From Octopus vulgaris (taxonomy: Eukaryota), in contig OX597821.1 in assembly GCA_951406725.2 (NCBI GenBank), positions 12,090,001-12,154,000 on the forward strand: a stretch of 64,000 nucleotides of DNA. The letters run 5' to 3'. Of the stretch, positions 24,019 through 37,214 are shown piece by piece. A model generated the notes under the pieces. The model worked only from the letters and a program-made list of their open reading frames with translations. It was not told where the DNA came from and did not search any database. The position numbers and the translations under genes are program-made. Each line of letters starts with the position of its first letter. The stretch's first letter is position 1.

Positions 24019-25659
24019 CATGCGTATACATGTGCATTATCTTTCAACGCTGAGGGATCAAAGATTCTCTCCTCTCACACACAAACGTGCACACACGCAA
24101 GCACACACACACGAACACACGCACACTTACACTCAAGACTCATATGAATGCCCAAGGAAACCTACTTCTTCTCCTCCTTCTCATTCTTCACCTCCCATTT
24201 TTATTCATCTTCCTACTTCATTTCTCCATCTTTATCTCACTATTATCTTTCGAAAGGTCACTGCTTAGTGTTAGAATATTTAGGATTTTAAACATCAGGT
24301 CTCCACAGTGGCGCATTCATCTTCTTTATCGCCTGCCTTTTCTAATGTGATCCCTGGCCTTAAGTAAATTAAAAACTACAAGAATGAGAGTGAGGAAAAA
24401 AAAAAAGATAACTTTACAATAATAAACCAAATGAAGAAAACACAAGGAACTAAAAAAAAATTGAGCAACAAATAAAAATGCAACAATAAAATGAAGAATT
24501 GCAAACAGAAGAGTGAACGCATATTTTCCTTAGTTCACGTTTTTCTCGTTCTTATTTCCAACTATTAATTTTACAAATGTTAATCCTGTTGATGCAATCC
24601 TCGTAATGAAACAAGAGAATAGTGTGAATTGTAAAAACGACACTTGATTGTTGTTGTTGTTGTTGTTCATAGCAATCTCTTTATACTCTGCTACTAAATG
24701 TCAAACGAACGCTGCCTGGTTGCTTGCTTTTGGATCATTTAATTAGAAACAGAAATGCAAATCTTTCTCAAACGTAAACCAGCTTACAGAAAATTTACTC
24801 TGCTGTTTCTGTTAATAACAACATTACAAACACATGCTGATATATTGTCCGTACTCTCTCCAATCTTTAAACACAACACACGCGCGTGTGTGTATATAAA
24901 TATATATACACACACACACACATATATATATATATACATATATTTATATATATGCATATATAAAAACTTGGAGAATAAAAACAACGCGTGATTTCGGTCA
25001 TATAGTAATATAATAAATAAATCAAATATATGCATATATACATACATACATGTACATACTTACATCTACATGTATATATACATGCATATATGAGTACAGG
25101 ACACCACAAATAAACGTAGAACACAACGAGAGACGAGAACATAAAATTAAACAAGGAAACGGACTTTTTTTAAACAACCAAAAAACAGAGTACAGGACAA
25201 ACAATACAAAGAAAATTCCCCTTCATCAGCTGTCCCTGGTTCGACTCAAAGCGTGTTTCGAAGATATATATATATATATATATAGACGTATGCTCACGCG
25301 CACACACACAGAAAAAGACACACTAGCATGTTATGTCAGAATCTCAATACAAAAAATTATATAGAGATTACTGCTGCGTAACTCGAAGCAGACTATATAT
25401 ACCATTATTTCTCCAAAGACGTGGACCATTACCACAAGGTCTATCGGGTCACTTCACGTCTCATCCAAGGCATATTATTACTTGAAGTAGTTATTAGTCT
25501 AATCCATCTCTCTAAGTATCCATAGGTATGCGTTTAATGTGTGCTCTGTATGTGACACTGTATTTTTCTAGAGTGTTTGTATTTTCCATGTTATCTTTGC
25601 TTCTAGGCATTTTAAATCGAAAGGCTCTGATTCTTTATATCTGACTGATTTATATTATA

Positions 25660-26057
25660 CTAGCAGTATCGCCCGGCGTTGCTCGGGTTTGTAAGGGAAA
25701 TAACTATATAAACATTTTAAGAGAGTTATAGCCAAAAAATAGCAAAAAAATGCATTAAAAATGGAAAAAAATGATGGTAAATATTTTTTTAAATCGTTGA
25801 CTCATCGTAGATATTTTTAGAGAGTTACTTCCCTTATATAATAGTGAAAAGAATGCATTAAAATGGAAAAAAATGATGGTAATTTTTTTTTTAAATCGTT
25901 GACTCATCGTAGACGCGCGCTAATACCCAGAAGGGCTCGATATGAATCACGACTATAAGATACCCGGTTTTGGTTAAACTGCACCGCAAAATGTGGGAGT
26001 AGTTAGGAATCTAAATCGTAGGAGACAGACACACAACCTCTCTTTTATATATAAAGA
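25660..26057 (-). mobile_element. Non-autonomous Helitron
   Basis: Minus strand starts TC after A and ends CTAG before T, with a subterminal GC hairpin cccgagcaacgccggg; internal duplication of about 110 bp; second copy at 29896. Confidence 0.85.
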
Positions 26058-26534
26058 TATCTTCGTACATACTGGCAGTTTTCTCAAAATTCTTTAAATG
26101 TGTACTTACGATTATCAACTGCAAAACAACACCAGTTCATTGTCTATTAAATTATACTATATTTGCAGCTCCTGCAGTTTTAAGCACATCTTCGAATACA
26201 AGATCTTTGACACCTTAGAGCTCGGATATTAAGATTTTAGAGAGCTTTTTCTTTTTTCACGTGGAAACCTAATGCTTCAAAATTTTGAACATCGTCCGCA
26301 ACTGGTCACTATTTTATTGACATCAAAATATGGAAGGTAAAGTTAACTTTCGCAGGAATTGAACTCACATCGTTCAAGTCAGAAAAAATGGTGTAAAACA
26401 TTTTGTCTCATGTGCTGATGATGATGTTGACTTATTTCAGCCGATTAAAAAATAACGAAAAATGCAAGCGTAACAGTTCTACAGATTATTATAGTTAAAA
26501 GTCTAAATTATTGGTGTCTGTTGGATAAGTCGAG

Positions 26535-26768
26535 GCACTTCGCTTAATGGTGTTGCACGCCTGCTCGTAGGATTGGCATTTCAATTCCCCGAACAAGCGA
26601 TGCGTTTTGTTCCTCATTAACACACTTCGACTCACATGCTGCAGATCACATACATGTCAAAAATTAGTAATCCTGCAACGAGCCGGCGTTCCCTCCAGTG
26701 GAAGAATATACATGCCATAGAGTCCAAGAAACCAGTTTTCTGAGACTATGGCTCGGGAAGGGCCTTTG
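26535..26768 (+). mobile_element. Old tRNA-derived SINE, possibly V-domain type
   Basis: Decayed A/B boxes, then aatcctgcaacgagccggcgttccctccag...ggctcgggaagg. Confidence 0.4.
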
Positions 26769-26948
26769 ATTCTTTTCTTGATATGTTTACTAAGGATGAT
26801 GAGTATTGTTTTCTGATTTATGGATGCAAGAATGCTATAAAAATGATGTTGCTTGCGCTGATAGATTATCAGATGTTATTCATTAATTAAGCTCTAATTT
26901 CTAGCTAAAGTTTTCATTTCACTATATACCCTATTTTTAACAGAAACA

Positions 26949-27127
26949 TTTTATTATATGAAATAACGTTTTTTGCACATAAGTTACAAAATAACAATCG
27001 TTACATTTTAGTAAATATTAACGGTTCTCATAAAAAATTTTATTATATGAAATAAAATTTTTTGCACATAAGTCACAAAATAACAATCTTTACAGTTAAA
27101 TATTAAATATTAACGGTTGTCATAAAA
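26949..27127. repeat. Tandem duplication of an AT-rich unit of about 90 bp
   Basis: ttttattatatgaaataa...ttgcacataagt.acaaaataacaatc...aatattaacggtt.tcataaaa occurs twice. Confidence 0.9.
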
Positions 27128-28073
27128 TATTTATGACTTTTTAATAATTGTTTTGTATCCTTTGACACGATGTATATAAATAGTTCAAGCTAAGAAATAC
27201 ATGAGGTCCATTTTGGGGACGTAGAATGGGATTTGCATAAGTCGCATCCGTCTTTCAATGGTATTTTATTTTATTGATCTCCTAAAATATATGGAGAAGT
27301 ACCGCAAGGCACATTCTGCGACGCTCTTATGATTCTGCATACCTATTCCCATATGGCGTAATGGCGTAAATGAATAATGAATATGTCACTGTCACCTAAT
27401 GCCAATACCATAATAGTTATAGGATCTAATTCGCGATCATATAGTTTTATCAGCGTGTCTGAAAGAAATTTGACTTGGAAATGTTACGTATTGTGATTAC
27501 CATTCGACAAAACATTGTGATATATCAATACCCAGACCAGGTGTTATCGATTTTGAATTTTAAATGATTTACCGGAGGCTGAGATGTCATTTAATCAAAC
27601 GTAAACGAAATGTTTGATTCCTTAAGAATGACTAATTATATTATTAAATTTCTTATTTCCTCAGTCTCTCTCTTCTTCCCTCTCCATCTCCTACATATCA
27701 TTGAATACACGTTCATTCATAGAACTTCCACTTACACATATAAATATTTAAATCCTTAAGTAGTGAAATGAAATAGGTTAACGAATTAGCACATTCATAC
27801 ACGTATATTGATTCACAGAAATATGTACTCAGGTGTAGATAATAGGAAGTGAAGAAATATGTAGTGTGTTCTTCAATATTCATATCCTTTTCTGTAGACT
27901 AACTTTATAAGCAAATATCGAGTTCATGTCCTATGACAGATATTTATGGTGCATATATCTCACTGGACTCGCACTCAACAAATAAAAATCGAACTGACTG
28001 CATTTAAATGTCACTATTATATCATTTTAACGTAATATCATCAAGAAATTAATATATTCTTTTACAAATGACA

Positions 28074-28120
<47 letters not shown>

Positions 28121-28222
28121 CTATATAGGTATATATATATGTATATATATGTATATATATGTATATATATATATGTATATATATATATGTATAAGTATAT
28201 ATATATATATATAGTCGTATAC

Positions 28223-28830
28223 GTATTATGTCATCCCATAAATAATGCGGTTTTTTCAATACTTCTTTATTCTTCAAAATTCAGGTAAATGCAGTTATTT
28301 TTTAAATCTAAAACATACAGTCCTTCATTTTCTACAAAGTTCTTCCTTCCAATTCACCTTTTCCAAAATTCACTTGTCAGCGATGAAGAATACACCTCCA
28401 TGTAAGAATACACCTCTTACATCGTCTACAAAATTTATACTTTTCCTGTCCCAATAATTTTGAAGATTGCGGAATAAATGATAGTCAGATGGGAAAATGA
28501 CCGCCGAATATGGTGGGTGGGGCATTGTTTCCAATTCAAACTGCTCCAGCCTCTGGAATGTCATCCTCGTTGTATGTTACTGAGCATTATCTTGATGGAA
28601 TAAGACCTTTCGTCTTGAAACCAAACATGGACGTTTTCCTTCTAGTGTAAACTTAAGCCGCTCATATTGCTCACAGTAAATCTCATGTTATCGTTTGGGT
28701 TGCGCTTAGAAGATAAAAGTGGGTGAAAACCTTCGTTAGCCTAAGGGGCCGGTGTTCTCCATTCTGTTTGGCGCTTTACATTTTTAAAGAGAAGCCATTT
28801 GTCGTCACCAGTCACTGCTCGGTATGAGTA
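28223..28830 (-). mobile_element. Mariner (DD34D-type) transposase 3' fragment
   Basis: ETMPHPPYSAVIFPSDYHLFRNLQN (cf. HPPYSPDLAPSDYHLF), upstream FHQDNA and VTGDD-like motifs; terminus tattatgtcatcccataaataatgcgg next to (TA)n. Confidence 0.85.
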
Positions 28831-29760
28831 AATTGTGTTTAAAAGACTTGCTAACCATTCTTCGCCGTCACAGCCACTCATTACTTAATAGATTTCCACA
28901 TGTAATTTTGTCTTGGAAACACAGGCACTGCTCATTTTCACTGCACTTTGTAAAATCTATGTAACCTCATAATTATATGTATCCATACTTAAAATTAACC
29001 TTGATTAAGTCAGCCTAGCAACCTATTACTTCACAAATACTACCACTCTGTTAGTCATTCACATACTACCTCTCCAAATTTTTCTAAATTCTTCTAAACC
29101 ACTACTTCCCACTTCCCCCATACACTCCCCACCCTCCTAACTACCCTCTTATTTCTCCTCCTCACCAAATGTATTTAATGCTACTCCTCTCCCTTGGATA
29201 CTAACCAGTCAACATCTACCCTCTCTCTATTCATATCCCTCTATTCAATTTCATACTCTTCTGTATCCCATGACACTTCCACCTCCAATACCAACCCAAT
29301 TCCTTTGTCCAACTTACAACTGCTATATTGACCACTAACTCACATCCCATTCTACCTCCATCACACTATATTCGGTTATACCGCTCTACATAACTCAGTA
29401 ATCTCGCTCAGCTAATAAACCAATCAACTTATTTCTCTCAGATAATTGCCATTTCCTATCTCAACCATTAATTCTACAGCCTTCATACGAACTAACACAA
29501 AGGTTGCCATTCGCATACTATCTTGACCACTCATCCCTCTTCTTCATACTTTCCAACTCTACTACTATAACACCCTACTAGCTCCTTATTAACTTCTAAT
29601 CCTTGAAATTTATTTTCTCCTCTCAATATTCTCTATCTGAATACTTCCTCAATTCCCCCACTGCAAAAATCATTTCTCCGTAAAATCATTCCTTCTTTAA
29701 TCTCCTTTATGTCAACGCCTCAAATGTGAGAATTCTTCCGCGAAGACGAAAGCTCTTATC

Positions 29761-29824
29761 ATCCGACGATAGAATCTACTTTCATTATGTTGGACCACTG
29801 AGTCTCCGGAAACAGCTGTTGGAT
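29761..29824 (+). ncRNA. Degenerate hammerhead-like motif at the end of a C/T-rich tract
   Basis: ATCC-GACGA...GAAAC-AGCT-GTT-GGAT: palindromic stem III and ATCC/GGAT stem I; core incomplete. Confidence 0.45.
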
Positions 29825-29895
29825 TCATAATTCTTGATATTTCTATTCTGTCTTAGTCGGACGTTTGTGTATGTAAATGCAATTTTTATATTTAA

Positions 29896-30291
29896 CTAGC
29901 AGTATCGCCCGGCGTTGCTCGAGTTTGTAAGGGAAATAACTATATAAGCATTTTTAAGTTATGGCCAAAAAATAGCAAAAAAATGCATTAAAAATGGAAA
30001 AAAAATGATAGTAAATTTTTATAAAAATCGTTGACTCATCGTAGATATTTTTAGAGAGTTACTTCCCTTATATAATAGTGAAAAGAATGCATTAAAATGG
30101 AAATAAATGATGGTAATTTTTTTTTAAAATCGTAGACTCATCGTAGACGCGCCCTAAAACCCAGAAGAGCTCGATATGAATCACGACTATAAGATACCCG
30201 GTTTTTGTTAAACTGCACCGCAAAATGTGGGAGTAGTTAGGAATCTAAATCGAAGGAGACAGACACACAACTTGACTTTTATATATAAAGA
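29896..30291 (-). mobile_element. Non-autonomous Helitron, second copy
   Basis: Same A|TC...CTAG|T termini, hairpin and internal duplication as 25660-26057. Confidence 0.85.
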
Positions 30292-30434
30292 TGTTTCTAA
30301 TGTACTTTGGATATAGATCTGTCTAACATGCTTATCCTTACGTTTACTCCCCTGCCTTTTCAAATTTAAACCTCTTGGACACTACGAAGTGTATTCTATA
30401 CGGAAAATATCTGATTCTCATCTATGAACTACAC

Positions 30435-30480
30435 ACAGGAAGCTGATGATTTCTTTTGAATGAAACAGTTCTAGTCCTGT
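30435..30480 (+). ncRNA. Minimal type I hammerhead-like motif with intact core
   Basis: ACAGGA-AG-CTGATGA-T-TTC-TTTT-GAA-T-GAAA-CAGTT-CT-ag-TCCTGT: stem I ACAGGA/TCCTGT plus AG/CT, stem II TTC/GAA. Confidence 0.55.
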
Positions 30481-30703
30481 AGAAGCTCCTTCTATAAAAT
30501 AAATTAATTTACTCTGCTATGTATTGAGTACCTTATTTACTGTGGTTAACCCCGACTCAACCCGGGACCTACATATATATATGATTTTCATACATTTTAT
30601 ACATAAATATAAGAGAGCAACCACTATGTGGTCTACTCTAGCACTAAAAATAGATCCTCTGTGCTTTAGCCACATAAAAAATGCTTCCGATGAATATTAG
30701 CAC

Positions 30704-30770
<67 letters not shown>

Positions 30771-31534
30771 CATGTATTCATATGTATACACGTACATATG
30801 CATGTAGTTATATGTACGTATATATGCATGTATGCACATATATGATAACAAAACATAATTCCTGAAGAAAGCGATTCGTGCAATATTCATTGTAGTACAT
30901 CTGAAAGCCAATTAACAGTGCTTGACGTATTTTCGTTCATAATCCACTGTTTTATACAGATATATTGATTTCTGTGAGGGACATCTGTCGTACTCCACAG
31001 TAATTATCAATAAAGTTTGATTAATTTCTAATTAAGTATATACCTTTATGTTTTCTTCGCTTAACCTCTACTAAGATGGTTGTAGGCTAATAAAATTTTG
31101 TTACAATAAAACTGATAGTTTCATTGAATTCCTTCTTAATGAGTTTTATTGATTTCCTTTTAAACAACAAAATTAAATGAAATAAATACAATATATATTG
31201 ATTACTAAACTTCTTAGTCTTTTTCTAATTCATTCAATATTTTAAATTGCTTTTTCTTTAAAATATCACTAAGTTTTTATCACACTTCAGGTAAAATATT
31301 TACGCATGTAATACTTAATGTTCTGGAGAAAATTAATAATAACCCAAATATTTTGACTCGATAGTTCTTTTATCAATCACTGAAATTTCTTAATCATATA
31401 AAATCTTCATTTAATTTAAAAAATAAAATTATTTGCCTTTATTTCTTTTCCTCACACGGTCTCCATTCACACACATGGTCAAATACATGTAAATCCGTGT
31501 TTCTTTAAATATGTGTGTGTGTCTGTGTGTGTGT

Positions 31535-31695
31535 GCAGGCATGGACGTGTGGTAAGATGCTTGCTTTCTAAACCATATGATTCTATGTTCTGTCCCACTG
31601 CGCGGCACCTTCGGTAACTGTATTCTACAATAGCCTTGGGCTACCCAATTCCGTGTGAGTGGATTTGGTAGGCGGAAACTGAAAGAAGACCGTCA
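31535..31695 (+). mobile_element. Family A SINE, 5' half, diverged
   Basis: gcaggcatggacgtgtggtaag...cccactgcgcggcacc...gtgagtggatttggtaggcggaaactgaaagaag. Confidence 0.85.
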
Positions 31696-31853
<158 letters not shown>

Positions 31854-32200
31854 CATGCAGTTAAATGTGTGTCCGGTCATAGAGTGACAATTGATTTCGC
31901 ATCGATAAAGCGCTTCATAGACTACTCATTAGATTCTAATGGTGGGAAGCTTATGATTTGTCTTAAAACTGAGGGAGTCGTATATGAGGCAGTAAATGAG
32001 CCATCCTCAGCAATCGCACTGATAAAACCAGTGGCTCATCCAATAAAATCGAAAACAACGATGGCAATGGAGGAGGCGGCAGCGCATGAAGCGGCCGAAA
32101 CAGCAGCACTGACAGCAATGACTGCAGTAACTAGACCAATAATACAGCTGGAAAATACAACCACGTCAGCACCAGCAGCAACCGCGAACCTACAAATACA

Positions 32201-32428
32201 TATTTCTTTACTACCCACAAGGAGCTAAACACAGAGGGGACAAACAAGGAAAGACAAACGTGTTAAGTCGATTACATCGACTCCAGTGTGTAACTGGTAC
32301 TTAATTTATCGACCGCGAAAGGATGAAAGGCAAAGTCGACCTCGGCGGAATTTGAACTCAGAACGTAACGGCAGACGAAATACGGCTACGCATTTCGCCC
32401 GGCGTGCTAACGTTTCTGCCAGCTCACC
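32201..32428 (-). mobile_element. Family B SINE, full length
   Basis: Reverse complement of 19354-19586. Confidence 0.93.
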
Positions 32429-32875
32429 TACAAATACCACTTCCTGTATTAGCAGCGAATTCTGCCACAACACCATCACAACAAGCAGCAAAGCACCAGC
32501 ACTATAGTCGTGGATAAGAAGTGCAACGGCAATAACTACAGCTAAATCGCCAGAACCACGCTTTGTAATAACACACCGATGACAGCTTCAACAATAGCAG
32601 TAATAATATCAGCTCAAACCCCGGAGCAAATAGTAGATACACAACCAGCACTCAAGTTTGGAAATATATCTGGTCGGGCAGAAGTGATTTTACGCTACAC
32701 TTATACTACCGCGGTTCCTCTTTTAGCGTTCCAGGAATATGTTACGTCACGTCGCTGATAGGCCACGTTTGGCGTTTTAAGGTTGAAGGAATCCTATACT
32801 AAATTAAAAAGTGGATCATAGAGCAGCCGGAGTCCTATATCAACGGGAGTAGATGATAGAAGCTTTGCATAAAAG

Positions 32876-33183
32876 TGCAGGAAAGGGGAATCTCTTAAAC
32901 TCAAGGCATGACATCTATAATATTGTGCATATTTCATATGCCAGCTACTGCAGGCATTTGAAATATCCCATACCTGGACCATATTATAGATGTCATGCCT
33001 TGAGTTTAAGAGGTTCCCCTTTCCTGCATTTGGTTAAAAATCTGATCTGGTTAAAAATCTAACGTACCTAAATGGCAAACAGGGAGTATGGTGTAGCAAA
33101 AATTATTTGCAGATTGGAAACATCCTATGGTCAGATACTCCCTGTTTGCCATTTAGGTACATTAGATTTTTAACCAGATCAGA
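32876..33183. repeat. Two adjacent near-perfect inverted repeats
   Basis: 32876-32923/32981-33028 (48-bp arms, one difference) and 33041-33089/33135-33183 (49-bp arms, one difference). Confidence 0.92.
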
Positions 33184-33287
33184 CTTAGGGAGATAATTCG
33201 CCCTATTTAAAAACCAAACATTGTATATTATTCTTTGCTTACTGTCAGTGACATCCCGTAACCATATATGCATGTATATGTATATGA

Positions 33288-33358
<71 letters not shown>

Positions 33359-34216
33359 AGATGCATAGATAGATTTGTATATAAATATATGTATATAACA
33401 CATCTCCAAGGAGATTGGTGTTTGGCATGCGGGAAGAGCACTGACAGTGAATCACCACTTCGTTGTTACTAAAGTACATTTTTAGATAAAGGTAACTCTT
33501 ATATAAAACCAGATATGCATTGAATACCGTTATGGAGAATTTTTCTTTGAGTTTGATATCCCGATGCTCTCACATTCCAGAGCCTGCGTCCTATGCTGAC
33601 ACGGGATATCTTGCCTTCGCTTGTCCCTCTAGAGTGGAGACAGTTAGTGCGGTGCCTTGAAATCTTTATTGAACCTGAAGTGTTAGATTGTGCAATCACC
33701 GGCGAGCTAACTATCAGCTGCTCGGCGAAGTAAGAGGGCACCATAAAGAGTATGGAAGCCGCGGACGTGAACTCGGGTGAAGCCGAATGCCGATACTTTA
33801 ATTTCATACACAAGCATAGCTAGCATTTTGCATCGGCAATTTCATTGATGGTCTTTCTCGATAAAGAGAGGACATATATCCCCATCGTATATATATATAC
33901 TCTTCCTAGAAATTTAGAGGTTGTGAATCCTACCAAGAAAGGGTTAATATCTATCCAATATACTGCTGGTAGAATACCCAAATATTAAAACACTACTGAT
34001 TTTTTATTGCATGGCAATTATATCACCGAGTGTAATAAATGACAAAAATAACTATGCTGGAACATGAACCCAGAACATAAGACCCGAAAGATACAGTAAT
34101 GTATTTTGTACAATGCTCCATATATTTCTGCTAAGCACAATCCTTATACCAACCAATACTAAGTTTTCTGATTTAGGAGTGCGTTCGTTGTACTTCCCTG
34201 TACAACCGACGAAGGA

Positions 34217-34251
<35 letters not shown>

Positions 34252-34254
<3 letters not shown>

Positions 34255-34502
34255 TCTTTACCTTGTTATCTCCCATACTTTCCTCCTCGTGTTTGACCCT
34301 TCTGTCCGGCACTAGTCTCCATGATAGATCGTTAGCCACTACACACATTTTTTCTCTCCTTGTTTTTTCTGTGTCCCTTTCTGTAGCAGAGCGTAGGCTC
34401 GAAACGTAAAAGACTTTTTCTAATTCCTGAGCGTTATACTAATACATATGTTTGATCTGTACACCACCTGTCTTCGTCTTTTGATTTTCGTAAACTCTTC
34501 CT
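34252..34502 (+). mobile_element. Penelope-like module with hammerhead-like motif at 34377-34412, inside (TA)n
   Basis: CTTT-CTGTAGC-AGAGC-GTAG-GCTC-GAAA-CGTA-AAAG (stems intact, core altered), then ttcctgagcg; 3' part recurs at 62395-62482. Confidence 0.55.
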
Positions 34503-34510
34503 ATATATAT

Positions 34511-35227
34511 AAGCAGCAAAGTTGACATGGCCCGCAGAATGTGTTCCTGGATTCTCACAACCTTTCAGTCGAGAGATTCCCACACCATTATCCTTCTTTT
34601 CTCCACTTTTGCCCGACCTCACCTTGAATACTGCTGTCCACTATGGTCTCTCTACACGAAACGGAATATTATGAAAGTTGAAGCTCTCCAAAGGTCAATC
34701 ACGAAAAAGATAGATGGCATGTCAGACCTCGACTACTGGGATCGACTGGAAAAGCTGAAACTGTATTCACTCCAACGACGCCGTGAACGCTACATTATCT
34801 GTGTGATGTGGAAAATATTCCATCAGTACTGTCCAAATGATGTTGGTATCACCTTCAAAATACATCCAAGACTTGGACCCCGTGCCATCCGTCCACAACA
34901 AAAATCTCAATCGCATCTCATAACAACAGTGCGGCACAATTATTTCACCTCAATTGGACCCGCCCTCTTCAACGTTACACCAAGACACGTCAAAACAGAA
35001 ACTGACCACACAAAATTCAAGAAGATTTTGGCCAAATTCCTTCAAACAGTCCCGGACAAACCACCCACACCCGGATATGTCTCCGCAAACAATAACTCTC
35101 TGATCGAATGGGCCTTGGTGCCCAAATCCTGAATTGAAAGACTTCAGCAGGTGGTGCTATTAAGTTAGACATGGCCTGGGCCAATACTGGCCAAAACCTT
35201 TCTAAGTTATTCTAAGTTATTCTAAGT

Positions 35228-35228
<1 letters not shown>
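34511..35228 (+). mobile_element. CR1-group LINE, 5'-truncated, ORF2 C-terminus open plus 3' UTR
   Basis: RPHLEYCCPLWS...KVEALQRSITKKI...YWDRLEKLKLYSLQRRRER...PDKP; tail (TTCTAAGTTA)3 then (TA)n. Confidence 0.92.

Positions 35229-35303
<75 letters not shown>
35229..35303. repeat. (TA)n microsatellite
   Basis: Direct reading. Confidence 0.95.
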
Positions 35304-35306
<3 letters not shown>

Positions 35307-35517
35307 AACATACACATTATTTATATTGTTTTGACTGATCCACCTGGGGAACTAAATTTGGGTTAGATATGAGATTTAGCTGAATTGCCTGACTAAGAAT
35401 AATTTTACTCTGGCAGAATATGATGTTTCGGCAATGTTTACCAACTGGACTACCACTGCTCTAAAATCCAGACAAGTATGCCCATGCTAGGGCTTGTATA
35501 TATTAATTTTTACATGA

Positions 35518-35590
35518 ATACATACATACATACATACATACATACATACATACATACATACATACATACATACATACATACATACATACA
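35518..35590. repeat. (TACA)n microsatellite
   Basis: Direct reading. Confidence 0.95.
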
Positions 35591-36857
35591 CCCTAAACCT
35601 AGTACCTGTCTCTCATTTGATTCTACTGAAACCGAGAGGATAAAATGCAAGATTGCTTTTGATAATGGTTTTACTCTGAAAGCAAAATAATATAATTACA
35701 CATAACGAAATTTTATGGTATTTTGTTCTGCTCACACGACATGTACATATCGATTGATTTTTTAACGTATAGGACCAGGAATGTTGAAGTTACAATCTTT
35801 TAGTCTATTTTTTGAATTCTTGTGGTCAACTGATACCATAGTATATTAACGGTTGTGGGGATAAGTGACAAAGATAACCATGCCGAAACATGAATCCAGA
35901 ATGTAAAATCCGGAAGATAACGTAATGAAGTTTGTACAGAGCTTCATTTTTTTTTCTGCTAAGCACACTCCTTTTGCCAATAAATACTAAGTTTTCTGAT
36001 TTAGGAGAGCGGTCTTTGTACTTGCCTGGTACATAATCAACCGAGAAAAGATGAGAGGCACAGTTGACCTCGGTAAGATTTGAAACCAGAACATAAGGAA
36101 CCGGAAGTTATTTACGCCATGTTTTAATAATTCTGCTCGTAAACAGGGGTGGTACAATTAATGTAACACTTTCCATCTCACTTACACTGAAGAACTGGCT
36201 ACTGCCAGTTTTACTATTCTCTAAAGCTAAAATATAACTTTTATATATAGCCATACATACTCACCCATTCGCGACCGGCAAATACACAATAAGCTTTAGG
36301 AACATTTTCCATACAATTAAAGCATTGTATATGACAAATACTTAAAAATCAAGAGGTCGATATATAAAATGTGCGTTGCAATATATGTACCATATTTCGC
36401 TCAAGCATGGACATTAACAGAAATGATATTAAATATATTGCATTTTTGTGATGTGGACATTGGTAATAGCATGGGCAAAATTCAAAGCCAATGAGGAAGC
36501 CCTGAAATGGCAACTACTAACGTAATTATATATTACTCATCGCCAAAAAGTGAAAATTAAAATATCTCGAACTCTTAATGAGTGAACATGTTTTACATTC
36601 TCTCATTAATAGAAAGATAAATCATTGTGAATGGCAGAAGAAAGTCATGAATTACACGTATTGCCAAAATAAAGAATCGGAATGTAGATGGAGAGCACGA
36701 AAAGGAATGATACGTTGTATCCAAATCGCCGAGAAAAGAAAATACCTTACGATGAAGATGGTTGTTTGATTATGCGTATTAATCAGAAATTCTTGTGTAG
36801 TATTAAATTTGTAAACGATATATATATATATATATACATATATAGATATATGCATAC

Positions 36858-36938
<81 letters not shown>

Positions 36939-37036
36939 TGTATGTATGTATGTATGTATGTATAAGTGTATAAGTCTTGCACGTTGTTCCTACACCTGTC
37001 TTTGTCTTTGTTTTTTTATAAATTTGAACTAATATA

Positions 37037-37130
<94 letters not shown>

Positions 37131-37214
37131 TATCATATCATATCATATTTGTTATATTATAGTAAAAATAATTTTACATTGAACTGAATGGTTACCTAAT
37201 ATATTTTGTAGAGT

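Noticed and set aside
25215-25262. Permuted hammerhead on the minus strand (GAAAC upstream of CTGATGA)
   Set aside because: Stems I and III cannot be paired convincingly; the module may still belong to the (TA)n-embedded class
26949-27127. CRISPR-like repeats (also 62781-62970)
   Set aside because: Only two units, no spacer series, no cas genes, eukaryotic context
31869-32228. 119-aa Ala/Thr-rich ORF
   Set aside because: Decayed (GCA/ACA)n tract running into a SINE
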